Source: Octopus bimaculoides (taxonomy: Eukaryota). Taken from it: a stretch of DNA of 40,804 nt. Position numbers and translations under genes: made by a program. Position 1 is the stretch's first letter. Every line of letters begins with the position of its first letter. The stretch is taken from positions 50,614,748-50,655,551 of the forward strand of contig NC_068983.1 in assembly GCF_001194135.2 (NCBI RefSeq), written 5' to 3'. Positions 1 to 11,684 of this stretch are shown here, piece by piece. The notes under the pieces were generated by a model. It saw only the letters and a list, made by a program, of their open reading frames with translations. It had not been told where the DNA came from and did not search any database.

Positions 1-82
<82 letters not shown>
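1..82. repeat. (ATT)n microsatellite
   Basis: Perfect ATT run from the window start. Confidence 0.98.
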
Positions 83-84
<2 letters not shown>

Positions 85-199
85 ACTTTTTATCCCACAT
101 TTTGTTGGAACTCCTGGAGTCTTACAAACGTAGCGGGATTACTATCTGGAGCCAATACGCTATCCGTACTTGTTATCTTTCTTATTATTATATGCCATT

Positions 200-560
200 G
201 TTAAGGTTTGTTATAGTTAATGTCTTATATGTAGGTATAACGTTCTTATACTTTGGACAATTTTAATCGAAACTTCACGGCAATTGTTAATAAATCCTCC
301 CCGGTTTATATCTTTATGGAAAGGAAATACTAAGCTCTATTTCCAAGTGAGGAATATTCTTTGTCGATTTACAAGGCATTCTTGAATAAATTATACAAAA
401 TGAAGTGGTACAATATGACTGAAACTTTCCAATATTAATTTTTAGCTGACAGTAAATATAGGATTCTTCCCTCCCAAATGCTCATTTATTTGAACAAATA
501 GATCTTATTCTTTTAAAATTTTCTCCCTTATCTCTTCATAGTTGCTACAAAATTTTCTGT
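200..560 (-). mobile_element. Highly degenerate LINE reverse-transcriptase fragment (domains 0-1)
   Basis: The minus frame from 420 reads SHIVPLHFV*FIQECLVNRQRIFLTWK*SLVFPFHKDINRGGFINNCREVSI, resembling the LINE motif P..WK.S...P.HK.G....NYR.ISL. Contains stops; boundaries approximate. Confidence 0.45.
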
Positions 561-1934
561 ATTTCATGTTGGTTAAAGTGAAATAACTTATTAATTAATT
601 TTAATTTGTATTCCTCGTCAAGACAATAACGCATACATTTGGTCTACATGAGGTATTCGCCTTAATCTATTTATGTTTTTAAATATTTTATCGTTTTTAA
701 CCAGATTAGAATTTATTGATAAAACTTAAGTGTGATTTACATTTTTTTTATACCATAATCCTGTTGTGATATAATCATGCCATATAAACACAGATGTAAT
801 CGTTATTGTCCCACCTATGCACCAAAGAAACAAGTAGCAATTCAGGTTGATGAAATGCACACAATAGTTAAATTCCTTCATCTTTTCAATTTACTGAGTT
901 TGAACATTCAGCTAATTAATAACCACTTTGAAGCTAACTCCAAAATCTTCATAAATATATTTCAATCTATATACTTATTGAAATTTTACTTAATTGTCTC
1001 AAACCGGAACAAACTACAGTGATGAGTTTGTAAGCATGAAATCAATTGTTAATAAAAATCGTATCTCCAATAACTTGTTAAGTGTAAGTGCAGCAAATTA
1101 TGCTATTCAAGAGTAACTCTTCATTTCATGAGATTTTCTGAAAAGACAATGCAGATATATTTAATAAATGTTCATTGGCACTTGCTAATTCAGATGGACA
1201 ATGTATGCCTGATAAATGATTTCTAATGTCCACACAACATGAATCATTTATAAGAGACAATGAATATTTAATAAATGCTCTACCATAGACGTCGAGTATA
1301 TCCATGTAATTGTTTATAGAATTATAGTAAATGGCAAAGGGCTTTATTCAATTAGCATTATTAAAAGTTATATGATTCTAAATACTACTACAACTTGGTT
1401 TAAGAATTTCCTCTTATAATAGTTTCAATAAAGCCACTTGTGCCTTTTAACAACAATAAAAGTGACGACAATTCGACAATCAAATGAAGAGTGCTACATA
1501 CGTACACTTACAAGCATAATTTTATACGTATTTCAACAAAGGCATATCATACAACACATTACTGAATTGTATTGGCTCCCAGTGAAGATGGTACAAGAAC
1601 AATATCAATTAACAATTTACTATTGACTTGTTGGTGATTTTGAATTTTGAATTTAAATGTTTATTTCTTATGAAGAATATTTGAAAATTTTGCTACAGCA
1701 GAATATTTTAGAAAAAGACATCTTAATAGAATGGGATGGATCTTTTAAAAAATAATATTGCAGTGATAACTAGAAAAGTGTTGACCGTAAAGACAAAATA
1801 GAGCAATGATGAAGGTAACCGACTGAGATGTATTTGCCTCAAGTTGTAAGGTGACCAAAGTAAAAGTTGTTTTGAGAAAGGCACACAAATATTGGTGAAT
1901 GTAGCAGATGAATATTTATAGGGGAATTTAAATT

Positions 1935-2100
1935 GATATGAAGGTTTGGTCAAGAAGCTCACAGCGCAACAATTTGGATTCGATTTCTATGTCGCTGAAT
2001 AACACATTGAACCAGTCTATTGTACTGCATCCCCGAGTGCACCAATGATTTGTGAATGAATTTGACAGTTGGAAACTGTATAGAATCCTATTGTATGAAT
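1935..2100 (+). mobile_element. Degenerate tRNA-derived SINE
   Basis: B-box-like GGATTCGATTT near 1972. The body ACCAATGATTTGTGAATGAATTTGACAGTTGGAAACTG resembles a recalled octopus SINE tail and runs into a (TATG)/(CA) tract. Family assignment is from memory. Confidence 0.45.
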
Positions 2101-2134
2101 GCATGTATGCATATACACACACACGCACACACAG

Positions 2135-2746
2135 AGACCGTAACGTTTTTTGACACTGTAACATTGCTATTCTGTAAAGAACTACGTTACTGCATTTTCA
2201 CCCCAGGAAAACGTCTTTTCCAGCTGGTTAACGACACACAAGCTGTGTCCGATATATTGTGAGTAAGGGAGCGAGTCACTCCCCTCCAGCACGACAAGGC
2301 CAGTAGACTTTGATTTTTACCCGTCCTCTGTACTGGACACTTGCCTGCTAGAGATGGCATTCAATCGTTGCTACTCACAATATATAAAGAGAGAAGTGGT
2401 AGGTAGCATTTATTGTAATAATACACTTCAAATACACTCCATTAATTGTTCTGACCTCTCTAGGTCACTATTAATATTAATTTAACAACTAAAGCACTGA
2501 ACCGGCAGACTTGTTAGCAAGCCAGGCAGAATGCATTAGCAACATTATATCTATGTTTATGCTCTAAGTTCTAAAGTTTCTTCTTGAAATATAAATAGCA
2601 ACAATACTAGACGGTAACGTTTTTTCGCCACTATAACATTGGTGTTTTATACAGAACTATGTTAATACATCTTGACCCTAGGAAAACGCTCCCGTACTCA
2701 CAAGTTATCGCGGACACAAGTGTGTCATTAATCAGCTGGAAAAGAC
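2135..2746. repeat. Local duplication (2135-2213 vs 2609-2688) with an adjoining ~60-bp segment inverted (2212-2273 vs 2687-2746)
   Basis: Direct visual alignment of the two copies and of the reverse complement of the segment. Confidence 0.85.
2490..2575 (+). mobile_element. Degenerate, truncated SINE head (same family as 12001-12222)
   Basis: CCGGCAGACTTGTTAGCAAGCCAGGCAGAATGCATTAGC...CTCTAAGTTCTAA aligns loosely with the head of the 12001 SINE. Confidence 0.5.
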
Positions 2747-2747
2747 A

Positions 2748-2940
2748 CTTGGCTGGGAACTCATGATGAGATCATACCAGTTGTTCATAAGTTTTTGAAC
2801 AAAAGGTTGAAAGACTCTTCAACATTGGCATCAATGCATTGTAACAACGATGGAAGTAATGTGTGAACTGCAAGGGGGAACCTGGAAATGAATATAGCTT
2901 TGGTTTTATTCCATGACATCTAGGTCATCCTATAAATCAT
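2748..2940 (+). mobile_element. Mariner (Tc1/mariner) transposase C-terminal fragment with 3' flank
   Basis: Reads THDEIIPVVHKFLNKRLKD then, after a frameshift, FNIGINAL*QRWK*CVNCKGE, matching the mariner C-terminus F..GI..L..RW.KC....G.Y. Confidence 0.75.
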
Positions 2941-2946
2941 TCTGCT

Positions 2947-2948
<2 letters not shown>

Positions 2949-3020
<72 letters not shown>
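2949..3020. repeat. (CT)n-(AT)n compound microsatellite
   Basis: Directly visible; abuts a gap. Confidence 0.97.
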
Positions 3021-3553
3021 NNNNNNNNNNNNNNNNNNNNNNNNNNNNNNNNNNNNNNNNNNNNNNNNNNNNNNNNNNNNNNNNNNNNNNNNNNNNNNNN
3101 NNNNNNNNNNNNNNNNNNNNNNNNNNNNNNNNNNNNNNNNNNNNNNNNNNNNNNNNNNNNNNNNNNNNNNNNNNNNNNNNNNNNNNNNNNNNNNNNNNNN
3201 NNNNNNNNNNNNNNNNNNNNNNNNNNNNNNNNNNNNNNNNNNNNNNNNNNNNNNNNNNNNNNNNNNNNNNNNNNNNNNNNNNNNNNNNNNNNNNNNNNNN
3301 NNNNNNNNNNNNNNNNNNNNNNNNNNNNNNNNNNNNNNNNNNNNNNNNNNNNNNNNNNNNNNNNNNNNNNNNNNNNNNNNNNNNNNNNNNNNNNNNNNNN
3401 NNNNNNNNNNNNNNNNNNNNNNNNNNNNNNNNNNNNNNNNNNNNNNNNNNNNNNNNNNNNNNNNNNNNNNNNNNNNNNNNNNNNNNNNNNNNNNNNNNNN
3501 NNNNNNNNNNNNNNNNNNNNNNNNNNNNNNNNNNNNNNNNNNNNNNNNNNNNN
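3021..3553. other. Assembly gap (N run)
   Basis: Run of N. Confidence 1.
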
Positions 3554-3929
3554 ATATATATATAATTATTTTTACAGAATGAGATAAAACCAAGGCTGTG
3601 GAGATTTTAGAACATTTATAAATAGGTCTTACATCTGTTTCTGAAATATTTTTTATATCCCTCGATCGGAGACGGTGTGAGAAAATGGTTAAGCAATATT
3701 TAATTTACAAAAGATATGAAATAGAGAGTGAAATATAGGTTCGACTAAAATGATCCAAACATCTCTCCTCTTTTGACAATATGTGCAAGTGCCACTGTTA
3801 ATTGTTGTCAAATAAAAATATACCACAAAACGTAACGAGTCTAAAAATCCATAAATACATGCCAATCTCAAACTGAACCAAATTAAACAGGTATGGTACC
3901 ACAGGGAGGTTTAAGAGTTGTAAGACGCA

Positions 3930-5200
3930 GTAGACACATGACTCCAGGTCATTTTATTAGAATTTAAAGGGGGATTTGGACGTGTGTGTTGTGACTCAAC
4001 TCCAATAATTTCAATTGGGAGAATCTGAGAATCAGGATCAGTCACACCGGAGTTTAAAGACGCTGCTATTATCCATCTTTATAAACACAAATGTCAATGT
4101 AACAACCAAGGAGGTATCTCCTACGGTATCTCGGAATACAGATTGGGTTTTTCTAAGAAATCTAGGTGTTCCCGTAAATATGCTCCATGTCATCATTTCT
4201 TTCCATTAAGGGATGATGGATTCTGTCAAGTCTAGCTGAGGTCTGGCACCACTCTTATTTACTTGGTATTCGTCTGTCATGTGTCATGTGTCATGTTGGA
4301 AGCAGCGTTCGACGGTGTTAAAGTAGGAGTAAAGTTTAAGTAAAGAACCAGTGACAGCTTGTTCAACCAATAGCTCTTCAAAGCAAAAGCTAATACTTTG
4401 GTGCAAAACATTCGAAATTTGCTCGTCACAGACGATTGTACCACACACTCTTGAGGACATGAAATATATTCTAAACAATTTCTCCCTTGCATCGAAGGTT
4501 TATCTCCCTTGCACTATCATCATCAAGAAAACTGAGCTTGCCCATCCGTCCGTTCGTGACCATCTTCCGGCTGTTGTCCTTACTGTATATGTTGATGGGA
4601 AAGCATTAAAACTGTTTTCTCGTTCGCTACGCTTGGTTCCATTGTGTGCAATGATGCTAAGACGGATAAAAAAATTCAGTCCAGAATCGAGAAGACTAGC
4701 TCCGCTTTCGGTAAACTCTATCACAGGTTTTGGAATAGCCACACTTCATCGTTGAAGTTAAAAGTCGATGTATATAAGTCGGTGGTTTTGACAACATTAT
4801 TTATGGTGCTGAATCTTGAAAACGGTACCGAAAACACATCAACCATCGTGGCGCTTTTCATACGCGATGCTTGCTTACGATCTCCAACATAAAAAAGTGA
4901 GTGACCATATTCATAATAGTGAAGTACTAACCAAATTCATTATATCTGGTATTGAAGCCGTCCCCATCAAAATATAGCTTAAATAGTCAGGTCATCTTTC
5001 ACGTATGTATTATATGAGATTATCGAAGCAACTTCCCTTTGGCCATTTCCCAACAAAATGTTCAGTTAGAAGGCCAGTCTTGCGCTTTAAAGACAATATA
5101 AAGCGATGCAACACTCACTTTTTTTTCTGGGAAAACAAAGCATCAGAACGCAGTCCTACCTCTTCCCAGTTCAAGGATTTGAGCAAAGTCGACTCCAGCA
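3930..5200 (+). mobile_element. RTE clade (BovB-like) LINE, degraded RT and C-terminal region
   Basis: Peptides across frames: PEFKDAAIIHLYKHKCQCNNQGGIS; FLRNLGVPVNMLHVIISFH*GMM; VKSS*GLAPLLF; LLVTDDC (degenerate FADD); SRIEKTSSAFGKLYHRFWN...LKLKVDVYKSVVLTTL; RLSKQLPFG...LRFKDNIKR. Many frameshifts and internal deletions. Confidence 0.9.
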
Positions 5201-5514
5201 TCGGGACCAACGTTGTACAAACATTAAGGCATGATGACAAAACGCTGCTCCTCTAAATGGAACCTTACCTGTCATTGTGTTTTTTTGGCACGAAGAAAAG
5301 CAAGGCTTGCCCTCAACTCAGGAAAATACATAGTGAATGATCCACAAACATTAAATAAATGTAAGTAGTTAACTTGGTCCATTTTCCAAAAGTTTTGCAA
5401 GGAATCAGCAGGCCTCAAGAGACACATTTGCGTCCATAGAACATGATTTACGGTTTATTTTACTGTTCCTTCACATGTCGTTCACGACTAGAGAAATTCT
5501 CATATGTGTACATA

Positions 5515-5545
<31 letters not shown>

Positions 5546-5568
5546 ATATGTGTATATATGTATGTATT

Positions 5569-5616
<48 letters not shown>
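5515..5616. repeat. (TG)n and (GATA)n microsatellites
   Basis: Directly visible. Confidence 0.95.
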
Positions 5617-6991
5617 TACTTGTATGTTTGTGTGGGTAACAATTCAGTTTCGTGAGTGAGAAATACTTTCAGTATTTATGCCCTATTTCTTTATTGTATA
5701 TATTGAAGAGGTTTCGGCAGTGTTATCAATACTGATTCTATGAATAACTGCCTAACATTCCTGAAATGTACTGCAATAAAGATTAATCACACCTCAATCA
5801 AAAACAAAATCCACTAAAAGTCATCAAGAACAGAAAAACCAATGTCATACGGCAAATGTAATATTGAGTAAAAATATAAATAATGCCGCCGCAGAAGCAT
5901 TTGGTGAAATAGCGGTAGTAACATTTGCATGAAAATCAAAATCACTACATATTCCATCAAAATAATTCCCAGAACATGAGAAATATGGATAACAAAATAC
6001 CATTACAGTAACAAGAACATAATCAGAAGAATAACAATGAATATTCAGAAGAACATTAATGAAATATCCTGAAAGAGATAAACAAGAAATTGCACAAGAG
6101 AAAAAAAAATTAACAAGGTGGAAAACACGAAAGACTGCATATAAGTAGTTCATACTTCTCGAGAACTCAATCTCAATAATTTGGTTGTTTAGAAATGTTA
6201 ACATAAATAATTTAAAAAAAAAAAAAAAATTCCAGAAAAGGAAGGAGAATATATTCAATTTCACTTAAGTGATTTTTGAAGCGATTGCTTATAAGTGGCT
6301 TTTGTTACGAAGGAAAAAAAATGAAGTAATATTAACAAGAATACTAAAGTTAAAATCAAAATATGAATAATAACTATATGAATAAATAATACGAAAAGGA
6401 ACAATGGCAACAACAACAACGACAATAATATTAATAATGATTTCTTGTTCAGTGTTCGATATGTACTAAGTTTCAAATGTGATTGAATCGTATTATTATT
6501 TCCCTTATGCCCATATATAATATGCATGTTACTTCTTTTTAAGATTATATATAAGTCAAGTATATATTTAGATAGCTAGTCTATAATCTACTTTATTTTT
6601 CCATGACAATGACTTCATGGTTGTCTAATTTATAATTGAGAATTCCGGTTGAAATATTACTGCTTCGGGGAGGATTTCGAAAGGTGAAAAACAGAGAAAT
6701 AATATTTTTACACTTGTATAAAGTTACATTTTTATCGCTACGTTTATAAAGTATACAGGGTGCATAAAAATATATGATCGAGACCATAAGAGTTATCCAT
6801 CACGCAGTATGATACAAGAGTCGAGGAACTTTAGCTATAACGACTGATAAGTAGGTATATAATCCAAGCGAAATCATCAAACCTTGAATCTGTTAATCAC
6901 GCAAATTGCTGCAGCAGGAAGTTGCATCTTCTGCACACTGGAAAAACGATGGAACTGCCAACATTTATTAATAGTTTTACAAAACACAAAA

Positions 6992-7207
6992 TACAGTTCT
7001 ATATTTAAAAGATGAGGAATTATGTACATTATTTCAATTCGACGGATATTCGTCCCCATCTTGTTTGTTGTTAACACAACGTTTCGGCTGATATGCCCTC
7101 CAGCCTTCTTCAGGTGTCTTAGGAAAATTTCGAACCTGGGTTCTCATTCCTAAGGTATACTTCGATGTTGTTGTTATTATTATTGTTCAGGTCACTGCGC
7201 TCTTAGT
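6992..7207 (-). mobile_element. Short Penelope-type terminal module carrying a hammerhead ribozyme
   Basis: Non-coding module with the CTGAAGAAGGCTG...CAGCCGAAACGTT motif typical of PLE pseudo-LTRs, joined to the PLE ORF at about 7205. Confidence 0.75.
7073..7118 (-). ncRNA. Minimal type I hammerhead ribozyme (PLE-type)
   Basis: Minus strand: stem I GACAC/GUGUU; core CUGAAGA; extra A; stem II GGCUG/CAGCC; GAAA; palindromic stem III ACGU; GUU triplet, with predicted cleavage between 7078 and 7077. Confidence 0.85.
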
Positions 7208-8290
7208 TTGAGGGGGCAGCATTTTTCACTTTTGCATAACCTACCACAACTGCATGGAATGGAGTACACGCAGTCTTTAGTCATATTCTCTTCTGTTGGT
7301 GGTTTTACTGGAAGGAAATATTTGCGAAGTGTTGTATTACTTTTGAATACTCTCCTGATGTTATATGGGTTGCATATCTTTTGTATCTTTCCGGAGAGGC
7401 CTTTCACATAGGGTAAACAGACAGTGGACAGTTTATTGGCTTCATCCTCTCTCTTCTTCATAATTAGAGTGGATAGTATACTTTTGGGGTAGTTGTTGCT
7501 TAACACATCGTTATTGAGCTTGATCATTTCTTCTTGGTGTGTATCACGATCGCTGCTTATATTCATTGCTCGATGTTTTAGGCACTGAGCAATCCCTCTC
7601 TTTACACTCTATGGATAATGAGAATTGAAATTGAGGTATCGTCCAGTAAAGGTCGGGTTGTGGTATACAGATGCCCTGAATCCATACTTGGTGCGTGTTA
7701 TTAATACGTCCAAGAATGCCAGCTGATTGTCTTTTTCCTTCTCCATTGTGAACCGTTTGGATGGCTTTATTGAGTTCACATGATCTAACAGCACTTGAAC
7801 ATCTTCCTGGTGGGGCCAGAGTATAAAGGTGTCATCACCATATCGTAGCCATAGTTTTGGTTTTAGTGGTGTTGATCCTAAAGCCACATTCTCAAAGTGT
7901 TCCATGTGTATATTGGCTATTACCGGTGATAATGGCGAACATATAGATAAACACTCCTCTTGTCGATGTATATCAGTGCCCATACTGAAGTAGGTAGATT
8001 CTTCATAGAAGGTCAACATTTCCATCAAGTTTCTTATTGGTATACTAATGCATTCTTTTAGATGGGTGTCTGTCACTAGTTTTTCTTGTATCACCGATAA
8101 TGCTTCACCCAACTGGTTTTTCCAGCAACACCCACATCCAGTAGTATCGTCCCCTATGGGACGCGCTGCTACTATTTACTTCAGAGATTTAATATCGATT
8201 GTTTCTCCTTTTTTGAGATCAGCGACAGTTAGTCACTGGAAAACTCATATAGCATTTTGCGTTTGGAATCAGGTCTCACGGTTAGCTGGT
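7208..8290 (-). mobile_element. Penelope-like element: RT plus truncated GIY-YIG endonuclease (pseudogenized)
   Basis: ORF 7609-8112: SPLSPVIANIHMEHFE...KPKLWLRYGDDTF...LAFLDVLI...TFTGRYLNFNSHYP. ORF 7192-7566: LPYVKGLSGKIQKIC...CVYSIPCSCG (start of GIY-YIG), then truncated. Frameshifted; the YVDD motif reads YGDD. Confidence 0.93.
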
Positions 8291-8296
8291 GATTAT

Positions 8297-8341
8297 CACA
8301 CACTGATGACGGGTCACTACACAGAAACCCGGGTTTGTGTG
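8297..8341 (+). ncRNA. Second minimal type I hammerhead, stem II defective
   Basis: Stem I CACACA(8297-8302)/UGUGUG(8336-8341); CUGAUGA 8303-8309; GAAA 8324-8327; perfect palindrome ACCCGGGU 8327-8334; GUU triplet. The 3' strand of stem II is missing. Confidence 0.7.
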
Positions 8342-8477
8342 TATTACATAAGGCTAGAAATGGGAACGATGATTGCTCTTCGGAAATACTAATCTGTCAC
8401 AGTGAGTGTAGTGTATATTATTATTTTTATTTTTATTATTATTGTCATTATTATTATTAAGCTGGCGAGTGAGCTTA

Positions 8478-8888
8478 GATGTCTTGTAAACAACTCGCAC
8501 ATTCAAGTACTACCAGTCGAGATCTCCGCATACCGGAAGTCAGCAAGTGTATGGAGTCAACAGGAGAGAATGCACGCCGTTTCGGGCCCTACTTATCGAC
8601 GGCATCAATGCGCACCGGCCGCCCTCACTGATATGAGGCTCCGCTTGCTAGATCAACTAAATAAATTAAATAAAGCTCAATATTTCTCTAGCCATCTCTT
8701 ATCGTCTCTTTTTAATCAAATCCAGTAGCTAACCTTCTCCACTGTAGTTTGGATATCTGTCATGGTGTTATTTACCTTACGATGAGTTAGGCCTTACGAT
8801 AACAACAGTCGTCTCACACTGTGTCCAACAAACACTCTACATCCAACTTCGATTGGAAAATGCTCCGTTTTCCAGCCTGCGTCAATCT
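8478..8888 (-). mobile_element. HERO-like (RLE-type non-LTR) retrotransposon, 5'-truncated 3' end with 3' UTR
   Basis: Minus frame 8886-8677: IDAGWKTEHFPIEVGCRVFVGHSVRRLLLS*GLTHRKVNNTMTDIQTTVEKVSYWI*LKRDDKRWLEKY*, matching the HERO C-terminus PIEVGCRGF...EKAS.WIW.KR. Flanked by a 42-bp direct duplication. Confidence 0.8.
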
Positions 8889-8912
8889 TTATTATTGTCA
8901 TTATTATTATTA

Positions 8913-9000
8913 AGGTGGCGAGCGGGCTTAACTATTAGCACGCCGGATGAAATTTTGAACGGTGTATTTTTTTTCTTCTTTGTTTTTACGTTTGAGCACC
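8913..9000 (+). mobile_element. Degenerate SINE head (12001 family), the target of the HERO-like insertion
   Basis: AAGGTGGCGAGC...TTAGCACGCCGGATGAAAT...TTTACGTTTGAG resembles the 12001 SINE head. Confidence 0.6.
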
Positions 9001-11684
9001 AATTTCCCCGAAAGTGACATTTATAATTTAATCCTTTCGTGTTGGAAAAAATAACTATCAGTCAAATACTGGAATCGAAGTAACCGACTACCCCATACTC
9101 TTGTAAACTGCTAGCTCTGTGCCAAAATATGAAACTGTTGTTACTTTTGCTAATATTATCTCTTTAGAATTATTTATGGCAAAATATCTAAATATCTAAA
9201 CTATCGGTATCTTGGTTGTTTGTTTAATCACCATAATTTAATTTCTAATTTCTTGTTTATATATCTCAGAAAATTTCATTTAATCTTTCAATTTATTTTT
9301 GATAGCTAATAAACTTCTCCACCGGTTAAAAATACTAGAAAATTTAATATTTTGTCAAGCAATATTAAGAAATAATATCTATTATCATTACAATTCGCTT
9401 CCTTGTAATTTGTATGTGTGAAAATGTCTGATACTCTACTATTAATAAAGCTAAGTGAAGGAGAGATATTAACTTGAGTAAATTAAAAGTCAAAATAAAT
9501 TTTCTAAGCGTAATATGTACAGGGTAATTAAAAGCTCATTTACCTATTTTCCTTAGAGTAAGTGACCTTCTTGGAGAAAAGGAACCATAATTGTGCATGT
9601 ATCTTGACGCAAGTGGTTATAATAAAATTACATTTGAAATAATAATGGAAAAATTGAAAGCAAGCATTTATTGACCAAGTGAAACGAGTCTTTGGTACAA
9701 CACGTGATGTCAATTATCTGAGATAATGTGATAGTAAACGAAATGAGGCGAAGAAAACTAATGACGTTCTCAATTAGCAAAATTAATGTTAATAGCTCAA
9801 ATGTGGGAACACGTTCTTGGAGAAGAGATGTCGTATATTTGGGATGAAGGGTTGGAGCAATAACTTAGGGTAAAGCCTATCATTTCTAAATGCTTATAAT
9901 CTGAAATTTAGATTTCGGTATTAAGTTGACTGACTATGCATTTTCCTTTAATGTTCAGTACGCATATTGATATCTTGGAAATAGTTGGCACCATGCAAGA
10001 AAGAAACAACTAGGATTTGAAGAGATTTTGCTCAAACACTGAATATATTTGAATTTCTAAAAGGCTATAAATAACACAAAATAATGATATGTTGACAATA
10101 TGCTATTCTCTATTCGTTCAGCTTTATATTTATCATGAAATAATAAACCAAAACATGTTTGGAAATTGTAAACTTCCTGTAAATCAACTGCAGTTCGAAG
10201 ATAATGTAGACTTTCATCAAATATTTGAAGGCAACATTGTAAATTGTTCATTCTGTACTAATAACTTATTTCCTGCTACGCAGTGTATTTGCATCTGTAA
10301 AACTTTCTTAAAGGATCTATTATGTATTTTTCGCTTTACAATTCCAAACAAAAACGTAATATTTTGTTTGTACAAAACCATATTGATATGGAAATATAGA
10401 CGTAATTATATTTTCTTACTGTTTTCATAAACTGTACAACTACTTTGCTTTGAGATTGCTTTCAAGAGATTTTATCAAACATAGAGCTTACATTACTTAT
10501 TTCAGTCAAGTATTATTGATCGCTATTTACCAAATGACTAACTTAACTTTTCTTAAAGACAGTTTCGCCCCCTCGGCATACCGGAAAACACCAGTATTTA
10601 CGAGTATATGCTTAAACATTGTTAATTATATGGATACCTACATTAACAAACCAATGCGTATTGATAAAATGTATATGCGCACGCGCGTGTGCAATATTTT
10701 TCAATTTCAGCTTTAAAAAAAGTTTTCCGCTCATCCTGACCACATGTGGAAAAAGTTTATATTTCCACGGATATGATATAAACAGTTCTGAATTTTATTT
10801 TTAAAGGCAATGTTTTCATTCAGTTAGTACATTTGTATACATTCTGTTCTGATAGGATTAACGCATTCAGTAATCATAAATTGTCGTTGCTGGCCGTAGC
10901 AAACGGAAGGGTAACTCGATAGATGTATATAACTGCAGAGCCAATGTTATTTTACATACAAATTTTTGGTTCTAGAATATTCGGAAAGACGAAATGGAAA
11001 TGGAGAATTGCTGGAGGCAGAAGGTAATAGTACCTCAGCAAATCTGTTTCAATCCTGAAGCTCATCTCGTTGAATTGTTTCCCCAAAGATGAGTATGCTG
11101 TGCTATTTCTCCAGTTGACGTTGGAGATAGGGCAGTAGAAGAGAGTGAAAGCCTTAATGAATAGCCTATATAATCCTTGCTTAGATTATATGCCTTTTAT
11201 CTTAATCGTTATTTAGGTCAATTGACATATATTTTTCTCTCAGCTCTTTCCTGATGAAAGAAAACTTTTTAAATATTAAACTTTTATTTACGGCAATCAC
11301 CTTAAACTTTCGTTTTGTTATCTTATCATTGTTCTATTATCCACACTGTTCGTGTTTAATTTTGCAGAAATTTCAAATTATAAGCATGAAACGTGAAACT
11401 TTAACATGAAACAGCATGCATATTTCAGAGTCTCTGGTCGACCTGCCACACCTCCTCATTTTCATAACCACAATGGCCGTCGCTACTACCGCCATCACAG
11501 CATTAAGAAAAGCATCACTAATAAGATGGGTGAAGCAAACTCGAATATAGTGTGATTTTTTTAAAACATCAGTATCACACTACTTGCAACGATACGTACT
11601 AATAACTGAAATACTATTTATTGTAACGCTTATCAATTCGTTTTGCAAAGTTCCTGATGTGAAATCGTGTGTTAAAACAGATAT

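Noticed and set aside
2913-3593. Long ORFs spanning N runs (also near 21350, 24290, 30550, 38530 and 39370)
   Set aside because: Artefacts of assembly gaps and flanking microsatellites.
5850-6200. KNINNAAAEAFGE, like the RTE linker between endonuclease and RT
   Set aside because: Too short and degenerate to call; many stops.
8570-8615. HHR-like string UUGAUG...CCGAAACGGC on minus
   Set aside because: Core and cleavage triplet are broken; it lies in the HERO-like 3' UTR and is better explained as a UTR stem-loop.
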